Positions 28,362 through 38,236 of a DNA stretch of 64,000 nucleotides are shown here, one piece after another. The notes under the pieces are model-generated. The model searched no databases. It was not told the DNA's origin and worked only from the letters and a program-made list of their open reading frames with translations. The stretch is from an uncultured bacterium (GTDB lineage: Bacteria > Krumholzibacteriota > Krumholzibacteriia > Krumholzibacteriales > Krumholzibacteriaceae): contig CAWBAN010000001.1 in assembly GCA_963786935.1 (NCBI GenBank), forward strand, positions 1-64,000, given 5' to 3'. Position 1 is the first letter of the stretch. Each line of letters starts with the position of its first letter. The position numbers and the translations under genes are program-made.

Positions 28362-29731
28362 TCGTCCAGCCCGAACGAATCAAGCCCCTCAACGACCGGC
28401 CGGCCGCGCGCGGCAGGTTCGTCCTCTACTGGATGCAGGCGGCGCAGCGCGCCGAATGCAACCACGCCCTCGAATACGCGGTCGGGCGCGGGAACGAGCT
28501 CGGACTCCCCGTCGTCGCCTGCTTCGGGCTCACCGCGAAGTATCCCGAGGCGAACGAGCGGCACTACCGCTTCATGCTCGACGGGCTCGCCGAGACGCGC
28601 GCCGCCCTCGAGAAGCGCGGGATCAAGCTCGTCGTCCGCGCCGTTCCGTCCCCGGACGCGCTCGCCGTCGAGCTCGCGGAGAACGCCGCGCTCGCCGTCG
28701 TCGACCGCGACTACCTGCGGCACGCGAGGGAGTGGCGCGCCCGCGCCGCGCGCAGGATGAAATGCCCCCTCGTGCAGGTCGAGACGAACGTCATCGTGCC
28801 GGTCGAGGAGGCCTCGCCGAAGGAGGAGTACGCGGCGGCGACCATTCGCTCGAAGATCGTGAAGAAGCTCGACCGGTTCATGACGCCGCTCCCCGCGCGC
28901 ATGCCGAAGCGCGATTCACTCGGGCTGCGGATACCGTCGCTCGATATCGCCGACTCCGGCGCCGCCCTCGCGCGGCTCGCCGGGCTCGACCGGTCGGTCC
29001 GCGCGCTCGAGAGCCCGCGCGGCGGAACGTCCGAGGCGAAGCGTCTGCTCCGTGCGTTCATCGCGACGAAGCTCGCGCGATTCGGGGTGGAGAGAAACGA
29101 TCCGAACGCCGGCTGCGTCTCCGGGATGAGCCCCTATCTCCACTTCGGGCAGATATCGCCGCTCGTCGTCGCGCTCGAGATCGTCAAGCGCGGCGGACCC
29201 GGATCGAAGGAGTACCTCGAGGAGCTCGTTGTGAGGCGCGAGCTCTCGATGAATTTCGTTTATTACAACGAGCGCTATGATGCGTACGAGGGGCTCCCCG
29301 AGTGGGCCCGAAAGACGCTCCGGGAGCGCGCGAAGGACCGCCGCGAATATGTGTACGACCGCGAGGCGTTCGAAACCGCCCGCACGCACGATCCGTACTG
29401 GAACGCGGCGCAGGACGAGATGCGCATCACGGGATCGATGCACGGGCACATGCGGATGTACTGGGGGAAGAAGATTCTCGAATGGAGCCGGACGCCGGAA
29501 GAGGCCTACGGAATCGCTCTCGCCCTCAACAACAAGTACGAGCTCGACGGGCGCGATCCGAACGGATTCGCCGGCGTCGCCTGGTGTTTCGGCAAGCACG
29601 ACCGGCCATGGCAGCGGCGCGCCGTGTTCGGCATGGTGCGCTACATGAACGCGAACGGGCTCAAGCGGAAGTTCGACGCGGACGCCTACGTGGAGCGCGT
29701 GGCGCGGCTGAAACGCGGCGCCGGGGCGTAA
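28358..29731 (+). CDS. Class II CPD DNA photolyase (start uncertain)
   Basis: VLYWM, SPYLHFGQIS, THDPYWNAAQ, MRMYWGKKILEW, DGRDPNG. Confidence 0.92.
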   Translation: MIVQPERIKPLNDRPAARGRFVLYWMQAAQRAECNHALEYAVGRGNELGLPVVACFGLTAKYPEANERHYRFMLDGLAETRAALEKRGIKLVVRAVPSPDALAVELAENAALAVVDRDYLRHAREWRARAARRMKCPLVQVETNVIVPVEEASPKEEYAAATIRSKIVKKLDRFMTPLPARMPKRDSLGLRIPSLDIADSGAALARLAGLDRSVRALESPRGGTSEAKRLLRAFIATKLARFGVERNDPNAGCVSGMSPYLHFGQISPLVVALEIVKRGGPGSKEYLEELVVRRELSMNFVYYNERYDAYEGLPEWARKTLRERAKDRREYVYDREAFETARTHDPYWNAAQDEMRITGSMHGHMRMYWGKKILEWSRTPEEAYGIALALNNKYELDGRDPNGFAGVAWCFGKHDRPWQRRAVFGMVRYMNANGLKRKFDADAYVERVARLKRGAGA

Positions 29732-29785
29732 CCATTTGCGGCAAAAAGAAATACGTTACGGCTGCCCCCGCCGCCCCGCAAGCCC

Positions 29786-29814
29786 TTGACAGGATTTGGC
29801 GTGCATGCTAGGAT
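29786..29814 (+). promoter_or_regulatory. sigma-70 promoter for STAS genes
   Basis: TTGACA-17bp-TAGGAT. Confidence 0.55.
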
Positions 29815-29925
29815 TTCGCTCACGCCGGAACATTTTCCATTTGTTCCGGGAACGGATAGCTTTTACATTAATGCAAACGTGGGATGTTTCTACGCATTTT
29901 CAGACGCAAGAGAGAGGAGAAAACG

Positions 29926-30270
29926 ATGTTGAACATCACAACCCGCGATAAGGCTGGTGTGATGATTATCGACCTCGAGGGCCAGATCGACGGCGGTCCG
30001 GAATCGGCCAAGGTTCACGAGCTCATCAAGCAGAGCCTGAGCGGCGGCCAGAAGAAGTTCATCTTGAACCTGACCAACGTCAAATGGCTGAACTCCCTCG
30101 GAGCCGGAATTCTGATCGCCGCATACGCTTCCGCGAAGCGTCAGGAAGCCGCGCTCAAGCTCTTCGGCGTGAGCGATCGCGTGGAAGCCGTTCTCAAGAC
30201 GTGCGGGCTCATCCCCGAAGTGTTCGAGGTCTACAAGGACGAGGGAAGCGCGTCCGCGAGCTTCGCATAA
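29926..30270 (+). CDS. STAS-domain anti-sigma-factor antagonist
   Basis: LNLTNVKWLNSLGAGIL; GAGGAG RBS. Confidence 0.88.
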   Translation: MLNITTRDKAGVMIIDLEGQIDGGPESAKVHELIKQSLSGGQKKFILNLTNVKWLNSLGAGILIAAYASAKRQEAALKLFGVSDRVEAVLKTCGLIPEVFEVYKDEGSASASFA

Positions 30271-30312
30271 ACGGAATCGATCCGCGGATATCTTGAGGAG
30301 AAGGATGTAACG

Positions 30313-30657
30313 ATGAAGATCAAAAGTCACGAGGTTGACGGGGTAACGGTATTCGACGTCACGGGCGAGATGTACGGCGGAGCGGAGAACATGGAGCTCG
30401 TCAACATGGTCACCGAGCTCGCCAAGGAGAAGAAGCTCGATCTCCTGGTCAATCTCTCGAAAGTGAAATGGATCTCGAGCACCGGTCTCGGCATCCTCGT
30501 TTCGGCGCGGTCGCGCTACTCGAAAGAGGGGGGCATGATCAAGCTCTGCCAGCCGAACGATCGGGTGCTCGGCATCCTCCAGGTCACCCGGCTCAACATG
30601 ATCTTCGACGTTTACCAGAACGAGGAAGAGGCGCTCGCGAGCTTCAAGAAGAAATAG
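30313..30657 (+). CDS. STAS-domain anti-sigma-factor antagonist
   Basis: NLSKVKWISSTGLGIL..LQVTRL. Confidence 0.88.
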   Translation: MKIKSHEVDGVTVFDVTGEMYGGAENMELVNMVTELAKEKKLDLLVNLSKVKWISSTGLGILVSARSRYSKEGGMIKLCQPNDRVLGILQVTRLNMIFDVYQNEEEALASFKKK

Positions 30658-30680
30658 CCGGCTTCGGCGGCATGAATTCG

Positions 30681-30716
30681 AACGGGGGCGCCTTCGCGAC
30701 GCCCCCGTTTTATTTT
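30681..30716 (+). terminator. Rho-independent terminator
   Basis: AACGGGGGCG/CGCCCCCGTT stem followed by TTATTTT. Confidence 0.8.
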
Positions 30717-30737
30717 GTCCCGCAGAGCGGCCGTTCG

Positions 30738-32063
30738 CTATCTCGTCCCGCAGAGCCAATTCGCTGAGGCGCAGATCGCGTAGTGGTCGCTCTCGACGAG
30801 CGGCATCGAGAAGACGTCGCTCTTGTGCTCCGCGAGCCACGTCCCGTATTTCGAGATGACGACGAGCCGGTCGTTGCGGCGGTCGATGACGTAGAGCTTC
30901 CCGTCGAGATATGCGATATCCCCCCAGCGCCCCCCCTGCTGGGCGTTGTTTCCGTAGTACGCGTAGAAATCGAAGAACTCGTAATCGATCGTGCCATTCG
31001 CCGTCACCGTGACGACGCGGCGCCAGTTGTCGTTCCCGTCGAAACAGATGTAGATCGTTCCCGACGAATCGGCGCACATGCCGCGCGGCTCGGCGGTGCC
31101 CACATAGAGGTTCGCGACGGATTCCCAGCTATCCACCGTTGCCGCGCGTCCGTCCCAGAGGCCCCGCCAGAGCACGTAGTTCGTGGGGCCCGAGGCGGTC
31201 AGCATGTGGATGTCCCGCGTCACCGGATCGACGGCGAGGTTCTCCCAGCGAATGGTGGCGAACATGTGGCTGGAGGCCAGCTCGGCCATCTCCCCGGGGC
31301 ATCCGATGAAGTGGGGGGCGGCCGGATTGAGCCCCGCGAGGACGCCGCCCGGATTCGGCTCCAGGGAGAACCGCGTGGTGGGCCAATTGGCGTCGGCGTA
31401 GACAGCGAGATCGTGCGTCGTGGGACCGGCCTTGCTGATGATGTCCTCCTGCGAAACGAAGAGCTCTCCCCGCGCCGAGAAGGAGATGCCGTCGATGCGG
31501 TCCGTCGTTTCGAGGATCTCGACGGCCTCCCCGCTTGCGGGATCGAAATCGATGACGACGCTTCCCGTCCCGCTCAGCAAGGACGAGCTCGTCGTCGCGA
31601 TGAAGATGTGCTTGAGCGGCCAGACGCAGATCTTCTCGGCGCTCTCCTCGGCGCAGCCGGCCGGGACCGCCGTCGCCGAGAAGAGGGTGAGGAATTCGGC
31701 CGATGCCGAGGCCTTGACGCGTTGGAGTCCCACGCTCGGGCCGAGCTGGAACGTGCACGAGGCGAGCCCATCGCTGTTCGTGGCCGCGCTCGCCGGCGTC
31801 ACGGAGCCGAGGGGATCGTCATACGGGCTGAATGTCACCCTGACGCCGGGCAGCGGGTTGTTGAGAAGGTCGGTCACCTTCACGACGAGCGGCTCGGGGA
31901 GCGTCGAGCCCGCGCGCTCGGTCTGGTTGTTTCCGCTGTCGGGCGTCAGACGATACTGCGTTACCTGATCGGAGGGATTGTCGTCGCACGAGGACTGCAC
32001 GAGCGCCGCGAGCGCGAACGAAATCGCGAGGGCGAACGCGCGCATGAAGAGGATCCGGTTCAT
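30738..32063 (-). CDS. Lipoprotein with Ig-like (Big_1-type) domain and beta-propeller-like region
   Basis: Signal ending SSC; SGNNQ..PLVVKVTD..NP.PGV.VTF..TNSDGLA. Confidence 0.7.
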   Translation of the reverse strand: MNRILFMRAFALAISFALAALVQSSCDDNPSDQVTQYRLTPDSGNNQTERAGSTLPEPLVVKVTDLLNNPLPGVRVTFSPYDDPLGSVTPASAATNSDGLASCTFQLGPSVGLQRVKASASAEFLTLFSATAVPAGCAEESAEKICVWPLKHIFIATTSSSLLSGTGSVVIDFDPASGEAVEILETTDRIDGISFSARGELFVSQEDIISKAGPTTHDLAVYADANWPTTRFSLEPNPGGVLAGLNPAAPHFIGCPGEMAELASSHMFATIRWENLAVDPVTRDIHMLTASGPTNYVLWRGLWDGRAATVDSWESVANLYVGTAEPRGMCADSSGTIYICFDGNDNWRRVVTVTANGTIDYEFFDFYAYYGNNAQQGGRWGDIAYLDGKLYVIDRRNDRLVVISKYGTWLAEHKSDVFSMPLVESDHYAICASANWLCGTR

Positions 32064-32197
32064 GCCTGCCTCCCTGATTGAAAAACGTCCGAGCGTCGTG
32101 GGCGCTATCCGTTTCAAGTAATCTAGCGAAAAGCCGGCCTTTCATCAATCCATAACATATGGTACTATTTCCGCGGCTCTAACGAGGAGGGATATCG

Positions 32198-33772
32198 TTG
32201 AATGACGCATTCAAGGCTCCCTGGTTCGTGAGGGGCGACATAGACGGCTTCTTCGGGCTCGCCATCGACAACCTCATACAGTTCCTCGTGATCGCGACCC
32301 TCTGCCCGCTCATCGCGGGGATTCCGGCGGAGTTCGTTTACGCCCGCGTGCTGCCGGGCGCGGCGCTCTCGATCCTCGTCGGGAATCTCTTCTACGCCTG
32401 GCAGGCGCACCGGCTCGCGATACGCGAGCGGCGCCACAACGTGACGGCGCTCCCCTACGGGATCAACACGGTGAGCCTATTCGCGTATCTCATTTTCATC
32501 ATGGGCCCCGTGTTTCGCGAGACGGGGAGCTGGGATCTCGCGTGGAAGGCGGGGCTCCTGGCCTGTCTCGGGAGCGGCATCATCGAGTTCAGCGGCGCGT
32601 TCGTCTTTAATTTTTTGCGGCGGATCACGCCGCGCGCGGCGCTGCTGTCGACGCTCGCCGGCATCGCGATCACCTTCATCTCGATGGATTTCGCGTTCCA
32701 GACTTTCGAGAAGCCGCTCATCGCGATGCTCCCGCTCGCGATCATTCTCATGCAGTATTTCGCGAAGATCCGGTTCCCGTTCGGGCTTCCCGGCGGGCTC
32801 GTCGCCGTCGCGGCGGGGTCGATCCTCGCGTGGGCGCTCGGCGTCATGGACCCCGGCGCGGTGCGGGCGGCCGCGTCCGAGGTCGGCTTCAAGGCGCCGC
32901 GGTTCACGGGCCCGGAGCTCTTCAGCGTTCTCAACAGCGAGTACCTCTACCGCTACCTCTCGATCATCATCCCGATGGGGCTCTTCAACGTGATCGGCTC
33001 GGTGCAGAACCTCGAGAGCGCCGAGGCGGCGGGGGACCGCTACGAGACGGTCGCGCCGCTCGCCGTGAACGGGCTCGGGAGCATGCTCGCGAGCCTCTTC
33101 GGCTCGTGCTTCCCGACGACGATCTACATCGGGCACCCCGGCTGGAAGGGGATCGGGGCGCGCACCGGCTACTCGATCCTCAACGGCGTGTTCTTCACCG
33201 CGATCGCGCTCTTCGGCTGCGTCGGGCTCATCAACAAGATCGTTCCGATGGAGGCGGGGATCGCGATCGTGCTCTGGATCGGCGTCGTCATCGGCGCGCA
33301 GGCGTTCCAGGCGACGCCGAAGGCGCACGCCCCGGCGATCGTCGTGGGGCTCTTCCCCGCGTTCGCCTCGTGGGGGATGAATCTCCTCAAGCGCGGCTAT
33401 ATGGGCGCCGGCACGACGATCAGCGCCGAGGTCGCGAAGGGGGTGCCGATCAACGGATTCATGGGAATGGCGGCGCTCGAGAGCGGATTCATCTTCACCT
33501 CGATGATTCTCGCCGCGGCGAGCGTTTTCCTCATCGAGCGCGATTTCTGCAAGGCGGCGTTCTGGTCGCTCGCGGCGGCGGCGCTCGCCTTCTTCGGCGT
33601 CATCCACTCGTACGCCTTCGTCGGGAACGAGACGGTGCAGGTGTACGGATGGGCCGTCGGCGCGAAGTTCTCGTTCGGCTATCTCTGCTTCGCCGCCGTT
33701 TTCCTGCTCTTCCATTGGTGGCAGCGGCAGCGGCGGAAGAAGGGGCTGCCGGAGGAGCTCTTGGCGGAGTAG
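32198..33772 (+). CDS. NCS2/AzgA-like nucleobase permease
   Basis: GDIDGFFGL, TALPYG, ESAEAAGD.Y, YIGHPGWK; many TM segments. Confidence 0.85.
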   Translation: MNDAFKAPWFVRGDIDGFFGLAIDNLIQFLVIATLCPLIAGIPAEFVYARVLPGAALSILVGNLFYAWQAHRLAIRERRHNVTALPYGINTVSLFAYLIFIMGPVFRETGSWDLAWKAGLLACLGSGIIEFSGAFVFNFLRRITPRAALLSTLAGIAITFISMDFAFQTFEKPLIAMLPLAIILMQYFAKIRFPFGLPGGLVAVAAGSILAWALGVMDPGAVRAAASEVGFKAPRFTGPELFSVLNSEYLYRYLSIIIPMGLFNVIGSVQNLESAEAAGDRYETVAPLAVNGLGSMLASLFGSCFPTTIYIGHPGWKGIGARTGYSILNGVFFTAIALFGCVGLINKIVPMEAGIAIVLWIGVVIGAQAFQATPKAHAPAIVVGLFPAFASWGMNLLKRGYMGAGTTISAEVAKGVPINGFMGMAALESGFIFTSMILAAASVFLIERDFCKAAFWSLAAAALAFFGVIHSYAFVGNETVQVYGWAVGAKFSFGYLCFAAVFLLFHWWQRQRRKKGLPEELLAE

Positions 33773-33870
33773 AGCTGCTCGGAGATTTCGTTGTTGAAAC
33801 CGCAGGGCTCGCGATGATATAATTATCGGTAATCAAATTCGGCGTCGCCGCGTTCCAGAGGGGAGAGGGT

Positions 33871-35712
33871 ATGCTTCCCGGACCTCCGGAGCTGGAAAAA
33901 CGGTGCCGCCGGTTCCTGGAAGGCAAGGGGGACGCCGTCGCTCCCCTTCTTTGTTTTCTGGGGAGCGATCGCGATGCGCGGGCCGGCTCGGGAGCCTGGG
34001 CGGCCGTCATCGTTTCGAGAATATTCCTTCTCAAGGGGAACGTTCCGCTCGCGCATTGCTATCTGCGGATCGCGGCCGCTCGCTCCAACGAGGCCTGCGA
34101 CGCGGCGCTCCGCCTCGGGATTCTCGTCAACAAGGCGCTCATACTCAAGGCACAAGGAAATGTTTCACGGGCGGCGGAGCTCCTCCGCGCCGTCGTGGAC
34201 CGCGCGCTGCGCGAAGGCGAGACGTTCGTCGCGGCGAAGGCGGCGGCGAATCTCGCGCTGTGCCTCGCTCGCAGCGGCGCGGTGGATGCCGATTCGTATT
34301 TGGGGCTCGCCGAGAGGGCCTATTCCGCCGCGGGCTACGAGACGGGACTCGTTCGATTGAGCATGATCCGGGCGCTCGTCGAGGCGAAGCGCGGATCGCG
34401 CGACGACGCCGTCGAGAGGACCAGCGCCGCGCTTCGGGCATGCGGGGAGGAACGTTTCGCGCGCGAGCGCGCGATCGGCACGCTGCTCCTCGCGGAGCTG
34501 TTTCTCGAGAATGGCGATCTCCCGGCGGCGCGGGAGGCGCTCGACAGGGCGGGCTCGATGAAGGAGGCGTTCGAGCTCTTCGGGCCGCAGCGGCTCACGC
34601 TGCGCCGCCTCGAGGCCGATTTCGATCGAATGTCGGGGAGGGCGCATGAATCATTCGATGATGGCCGCGCGGGCGCCGGCTGCATCGCGCGGGAGGCGTC
34701 GCCGGGCGCGCGTTTCGATGTGCCGCCGGCGCTCAAGGTCATGCAATCGCATCGCCGCGAGGCGGCCGCCGATATCGCCGAGACGTTCCTCACATGCGAT
34801 CCCCGCACGGCGCGCATGCTCGCGGAGATCGAGCGCGCGGCGCCACTTCCCGTTCCAATTCTCATCGAAGGCGAGTCGGGCACCGGCAAGGAGCTTGTCG
34901 CGAGGCTCGTGCACGCATGGAGCAGGAGGGAGCGAGAGCCTTTCGTGCCGGTGAACGCGGCCGCCATCCCCGCGGAGCTCTTCGAGAGCATGGCGTTCGG
35001 GCACGCGCGGGGCGCCTTCACCGGCGCTGTGGACGTTCGCGCCGGCTTCGCCGCGGCGGCCGGGCGCGGCACGCTTTTCCTCGACGAGATCGGGGAGCTC
35101 CCGCCCGCGCTTCAGGCGAAGCTCCTGCGCCTCATCGACCGGCGCGAGTACATTCCTCTCGGCGAAACGAAGCCGAGACGGTTCGAGGCCCGGATCGTGG
35201 CCGCGACGAATCGGGATCTCAGGGCCGACTGCGCGGCGGGACGGTTTCGAGGCGATCTCTACTACCGCCTCGCGCCGCTCGCCTTCAGAATCCCGCCGCT
35301 TCGGGAGCGGCCGGCGGACATCGAACATCTCGCCCGCCGCTTCGCGGAGCGTCTTCGGACGCTTCACGGAATCGGGCCGGGGGCCCTCCACGAAAGCGCC
35401 ATCGCCGCGCTCGTGCGCCACCGGTGGCCCGGCAACGCCCGAGAGCTCGATAGCGAGATTCTCCGTGGAGCGCTCGCTGCAAGGGGAGGCGCGATCCGCG
35501 TATGCCATCTCTCCCCGGCGATCATAATGGGGGCAGCGCGGGGCGCGTCGCCTGCATGCGACGGCCTCACGGCGCAGCTGACCGCTCTCGCGCGGGACGA
35601 AATACTGCAGGCGCTCCGCGACTGCGACGGGAATCGCACGCACGCCGCGCGGCGGCTCGGCATGAAACGGACGACGCTCCTGAGCGCGATGCGGCGCCAC
35701 GGCATCGAGTAA
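33871..35712 (+). CDS. sigma-54 bEBP with helical TPR-like N-terminus
   Basis: GESGTGKE, GAFTGA, FLDEIGE, WPGNAREL, Fis-type HTH. Confidence 0.9.
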   Translation: MLPGPPELEKRCRRFLEGKGDAVAPLLCFLGSDRDARAGSGAWAAVIVSRIFLLKGNVPLAHCYLRIAAARSNEACDAALRLGILVNKALILKAQGNVSRAAELLRAVVDRALREGETFVAAKAAANLALCLARSGAVDADSYLGLAERAYSAAGYETGLVRLSMIRALVEAKRGSRDDAVERTSAALRACGEERFARERAIGTLLLAELFLENGDLPAAREALDRAGSMKEAFELFGPQRLTLRRLEADFDRMSGRAHESFDDGRAGAGCIAREASPGARFDVPPALKVMQSHRREAAADIAETFLTCDPRTARMLAEIERAAPLPVPILIEGESGTGKELVARLVHAWSRREREPFVPVNAAAIPAELFESMAFGHARGAFTGAVDVRAGFAAAAGRGTLFLDEIGELPPALQAKLLRLIDRREYIPLGETKPRRFEARIVAATNRDLRADCAAGRFRGDLYYRLAPLAFRIPPLRERPADIEHLARRFAERLRTLHGIGPGALHESAIAALVRHRWPGNARELDSEILRGALAARGGAIRVCHLSPAIIMGAARGASPACDGLTAQLTALARDEILQALRDCDGNRTHAARRLGMKRTTLLSAMRRHGIE

Positions 35713-35798
35713 GGTTGCGCGGCTCGGCCGCCGCACGCGCTCCCGGGGCGTCCTCAAGCCCTGCTGTAAAACTTGCCCGTTCGTGCTATTATTGAAAT

Positions 35799-36473
35799 AT
35801 GATCGAGAAGCGGGTGAAGACGAACAAGGGGGAGGTGGTCCTCGCGCGGGATTTCAGCGAGGAGTACATCCGCTGCCTCGGCATGGGCGAAGGGCTCGGC
35901 GTGTTCTTCCATTACCGCTATCAGGACGCGCAGAAGACGCGCAAGATTCTCTCATCGGTAAGCGAATCGGAGGACAGCAAGGTCGCCTGCGTCGTCTCCT
36001 CGAACTGCATCGTCGGCTATGTGGCGATCGTGAGCCCCGAGCCGAACTCGCGATGGAGCGAAATCAACGAGGCGATGCTCAAGAGCTTCCCGACGCTCGC
36101 CGATCCCGTGATCCTCGAGCTCGGATCGGTCGAGATGAGCACGCCGTGGCGGGGGCTCGGGCTCTCGCGCGAGCTGCTCAAGTTCGTGTTCGATGATCCC
36201 TTCTTCGAGGACAAGATCGTCATCTCGCGGGAGCTCTCGTGGACGTGGGACCTGCGCTCGACGGGGCTCACGCCGCTCGCCTACCGGAGCAAGCTCCTCC
36301 GGCTCTTCGAGAGCGCCGGATTCCGGTACTGCGACACCGACGAGAACGAGATCGGCTATGCGGGCGAGAATATGCTCACCGCGCGGTTCGGGGAGAAAGT
36401 CCCGGCCGAGGCGGTATTCATGTTTCACGGCCTGCTCTCGAAGCGCGAGCAGCGGGGCTGGGGGTGGGGATAG
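35799..36473 (+). CDS. AcuA-like GNAT acetyltransferase
   Basis: ILELGSVE.S..WRG.GL, WTWDL..TGL....YR, N.L.ARFG..V. Confidence 0.75.
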   Translation: MIEKRVKTNKGEVVLARDFSEEYIRCLGMGEGLGVFFHYRYQDAQKTRKILSSVSESEDSKVACVVSSNCIVGYVAIVSPEPNSRWSEINEAMLKSFPTLADPVILELGSVEMSTPWRGLGLSRELLKFVFDDPFFEDKIVISRELSWTWDLRSTGLTPLAYRSKLLRLFESAGFRYCDTDENEIGYAGENMLTARFGEKVPAEAVFMFHGLLSKREQRGWGWG

Positions 36474-36543
36474 AGCAGGGGAGCCGCACCGGCGGGGTTG
36501 TTTCGAGTGAATCCTCAACGGTCGCCCGTCGTTCAACGAGAAG

Positions 36544-37026
36544 CTAGAGCTTGTACCCGAACTTCCTCAAGAGCCCGTGCCGCCAGGCGACGCCGTCTTC
36601 TTTCTCGACGCCCTTCGGCTTCTCGCCGTCGATGACTCCGAGGATCCCGCGCCCCTTCTCCGATTCGGCCACGATCACCTCGACGTCGTTCGCCGTCGCG
36701 CAAAAGATGCAGCACACCTCGGGGACCGCTTTCACGGCGTTGAGCATGTTGATCGGGAAGGCGTTCTGCATGAAAATGATGAATGTGTGCCCCGCGGCGA
36801 TCGCCTCGGCGTTCGTCTGCGCGAGCTCGATCATGGCGGGATCGTTCCCCGAGCAGCGGATGAGGCATGCGCCGGAGGCTTCGCAGAAGGCGAGCCCGAA
36901 CTTGATTCCCGGCACCGACGAGACGGCGACCTCGTGAAGATCCTCCACCGTTTTGATGAAGTGAGTCTGCCCGAGAATGAAGTTCACGTCCGCGGGCTTT
37001 CTGATGGGAACGCTCGAGATTTTCAT
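36544..37026 (-). CDS. Adenosine-specific kinase family protein
   Basis: GQTHFIKTVEDL, AFCEASG, FCATAN, GRGILGVIDG. Confidence 0.88.
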   Translation of the reverse strand: MKISSVPIRKPADVNFILGQTHFIKTVEDLHEVAVSSVPGIKFGLAFCEASGACLIRCSGNDPAMIELAQTNAEAIAAGHTFIIFMQNAFPINMLNAVKAVPEVCCIFCATANDVEVIVAESEKGRGILGVIDGEKPKGVEKEDGVAWRHGLLRKFGYKL

Positions 37027-37089
37027 GCGGCCCTCCTCGATTGAAGCGCCGCGGCGGTCGGCCCGAAGCGGCCCGGCCGCGCCGCGCGA

Positions 37090-38145
37090 TCAGAGTATCT
37101 TCCAGTACGGTATCAGATTCGCCTTGAGGTAATCGATCATCGCCCGCGTCACGCGCTCGATCTTGGCGCGCTCCTCGGGCACGACGATCTTCATCTGCTC
37201 GGCGATCGAAAGCTCGAAGTTATCCCCGGTGATCCCGCGCACGATGGCGAGCCACCCCTCGGTGACGTACGCCCCATAGCCGCTCAGGAACAGGTCGAGG
37301 AGCGGGATGTTCGAGGATTTCGCCTTCTCGTGGATGCGGCGGATGAGCGTCGTCAGCTCGTCGAGGTTGAGGCCGAGGTTCGTGAGCGTGTCGGTGTAGA
37401 GCGGATCGCTCCCGCCGTTGCGGATGATAATCTCCGGCTTGAACTCGTCGATGAGGGGAAACACGATCTCGTCGAGCGCGAGGTCGTACATCCGGCCGTT
37501 CGACATCGGCGGCATCGGGATGTTCACCGTGAAGCCGGCGCCGGGGCCGACCCCGATCTCGTCCGCGAATCCCCGCCCCGGATAGAGCGTGCGCGGGTCC
37601 TGATGGATCGAGATGAACAGCACGCGCGGATCCTCGATGAAGATGTCCATCGTGCCGTTTCCCTGATGGGCGTCGGTGTCGAAGATGCAGATGCGCTCCT
37701 TCCCCTCGCGCAGGAGCACCGCGGCCGCGACGGCGACGTCGTTGAATATGCAGAATCCCTCGCCGTAATCGTGCCCGGCGTGGTGGAGCCCGCCGAGGCC
37801 GACGGCGAGCCCGGAGCGGGCGGCTTCCCGCGCCGCGGCGACCGAAGCGCCGACGATGTGCCGCGCCGCGTCGATCGAGCCGGGCAGGAGCTGCGTATCG
37901 ACCGAGAGATAGCCGCGCCGCTTCTCGAGGGAGATCACGCGGTCGATGTAGGAACGGTCGTGGACGAGCTCGAGGAGGTCGTTCCCCGCGCTCTCGGCCT
38001 GCCGGATGTCGAGCTTCGCGTAGACGGCGGGAAAGCGGCTCCGGAGCTCTTTCATGAACCGCTCGAAGCGGATTCCCTGAAAGGGGTGGCTCGGCCCGAA
38101 ATCGTACGAGGCGAAGACCGGATCGTAGAAAAACGGGATACCCAT
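37090..38145 (-). CDS. AcuC/histone-deacetylase-family protein
   Basis: HP, GGLHHA, GFCIFND, DAHQGNG, SIHQ, YPG. Confidence 0.9.
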   Translation of the reverse strand: MGIPFFYDPVFASYDFGPSHPFQGIRFERFMKELRSRFPAVYAKLDIRQAESAGNDLLELVHDRSYIDRVISLEKRRGYLSVDTQLLPGSIDAARHIVGASVAAAREAARSGLAVGLGGLHHAGHDYGEGFCIFNDVAVAAAVLLREGKERICIFDTDAHQGNGTMDIFIEDPRVLFISIHQDPRTLYPGRGFADEIGVGPGAGFTVNIPMPPMSNGRMYDLALDEIVFPLIDEFKPEIIIRNGGSDPLYTDTLTNLGLNLDELTTLIRRIHEKAKSSNIPLLDLFLSGYGAYVTEGWLAIVRGITGDNFELSIAEQMKIVVPEERAKIERVTRAMIDYLKANLIPYWKIL

Positions 38146-38236
38146 CGCGCGTCGGTCCCTCCGGGGCGCCCTGCCGGCGCCGCCCCGGGCGCCGCGCGAC
38201 GGCGCGGGCGGGAAGCAGCGGAATATTCGGCGGGCG

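Noticed and set aside
37045..37089. GC-rich intergenic hairpins as a REP family (also about 38155-38215 and 63665-63720)
   Set aside because: No shared sequence beyond GC richness
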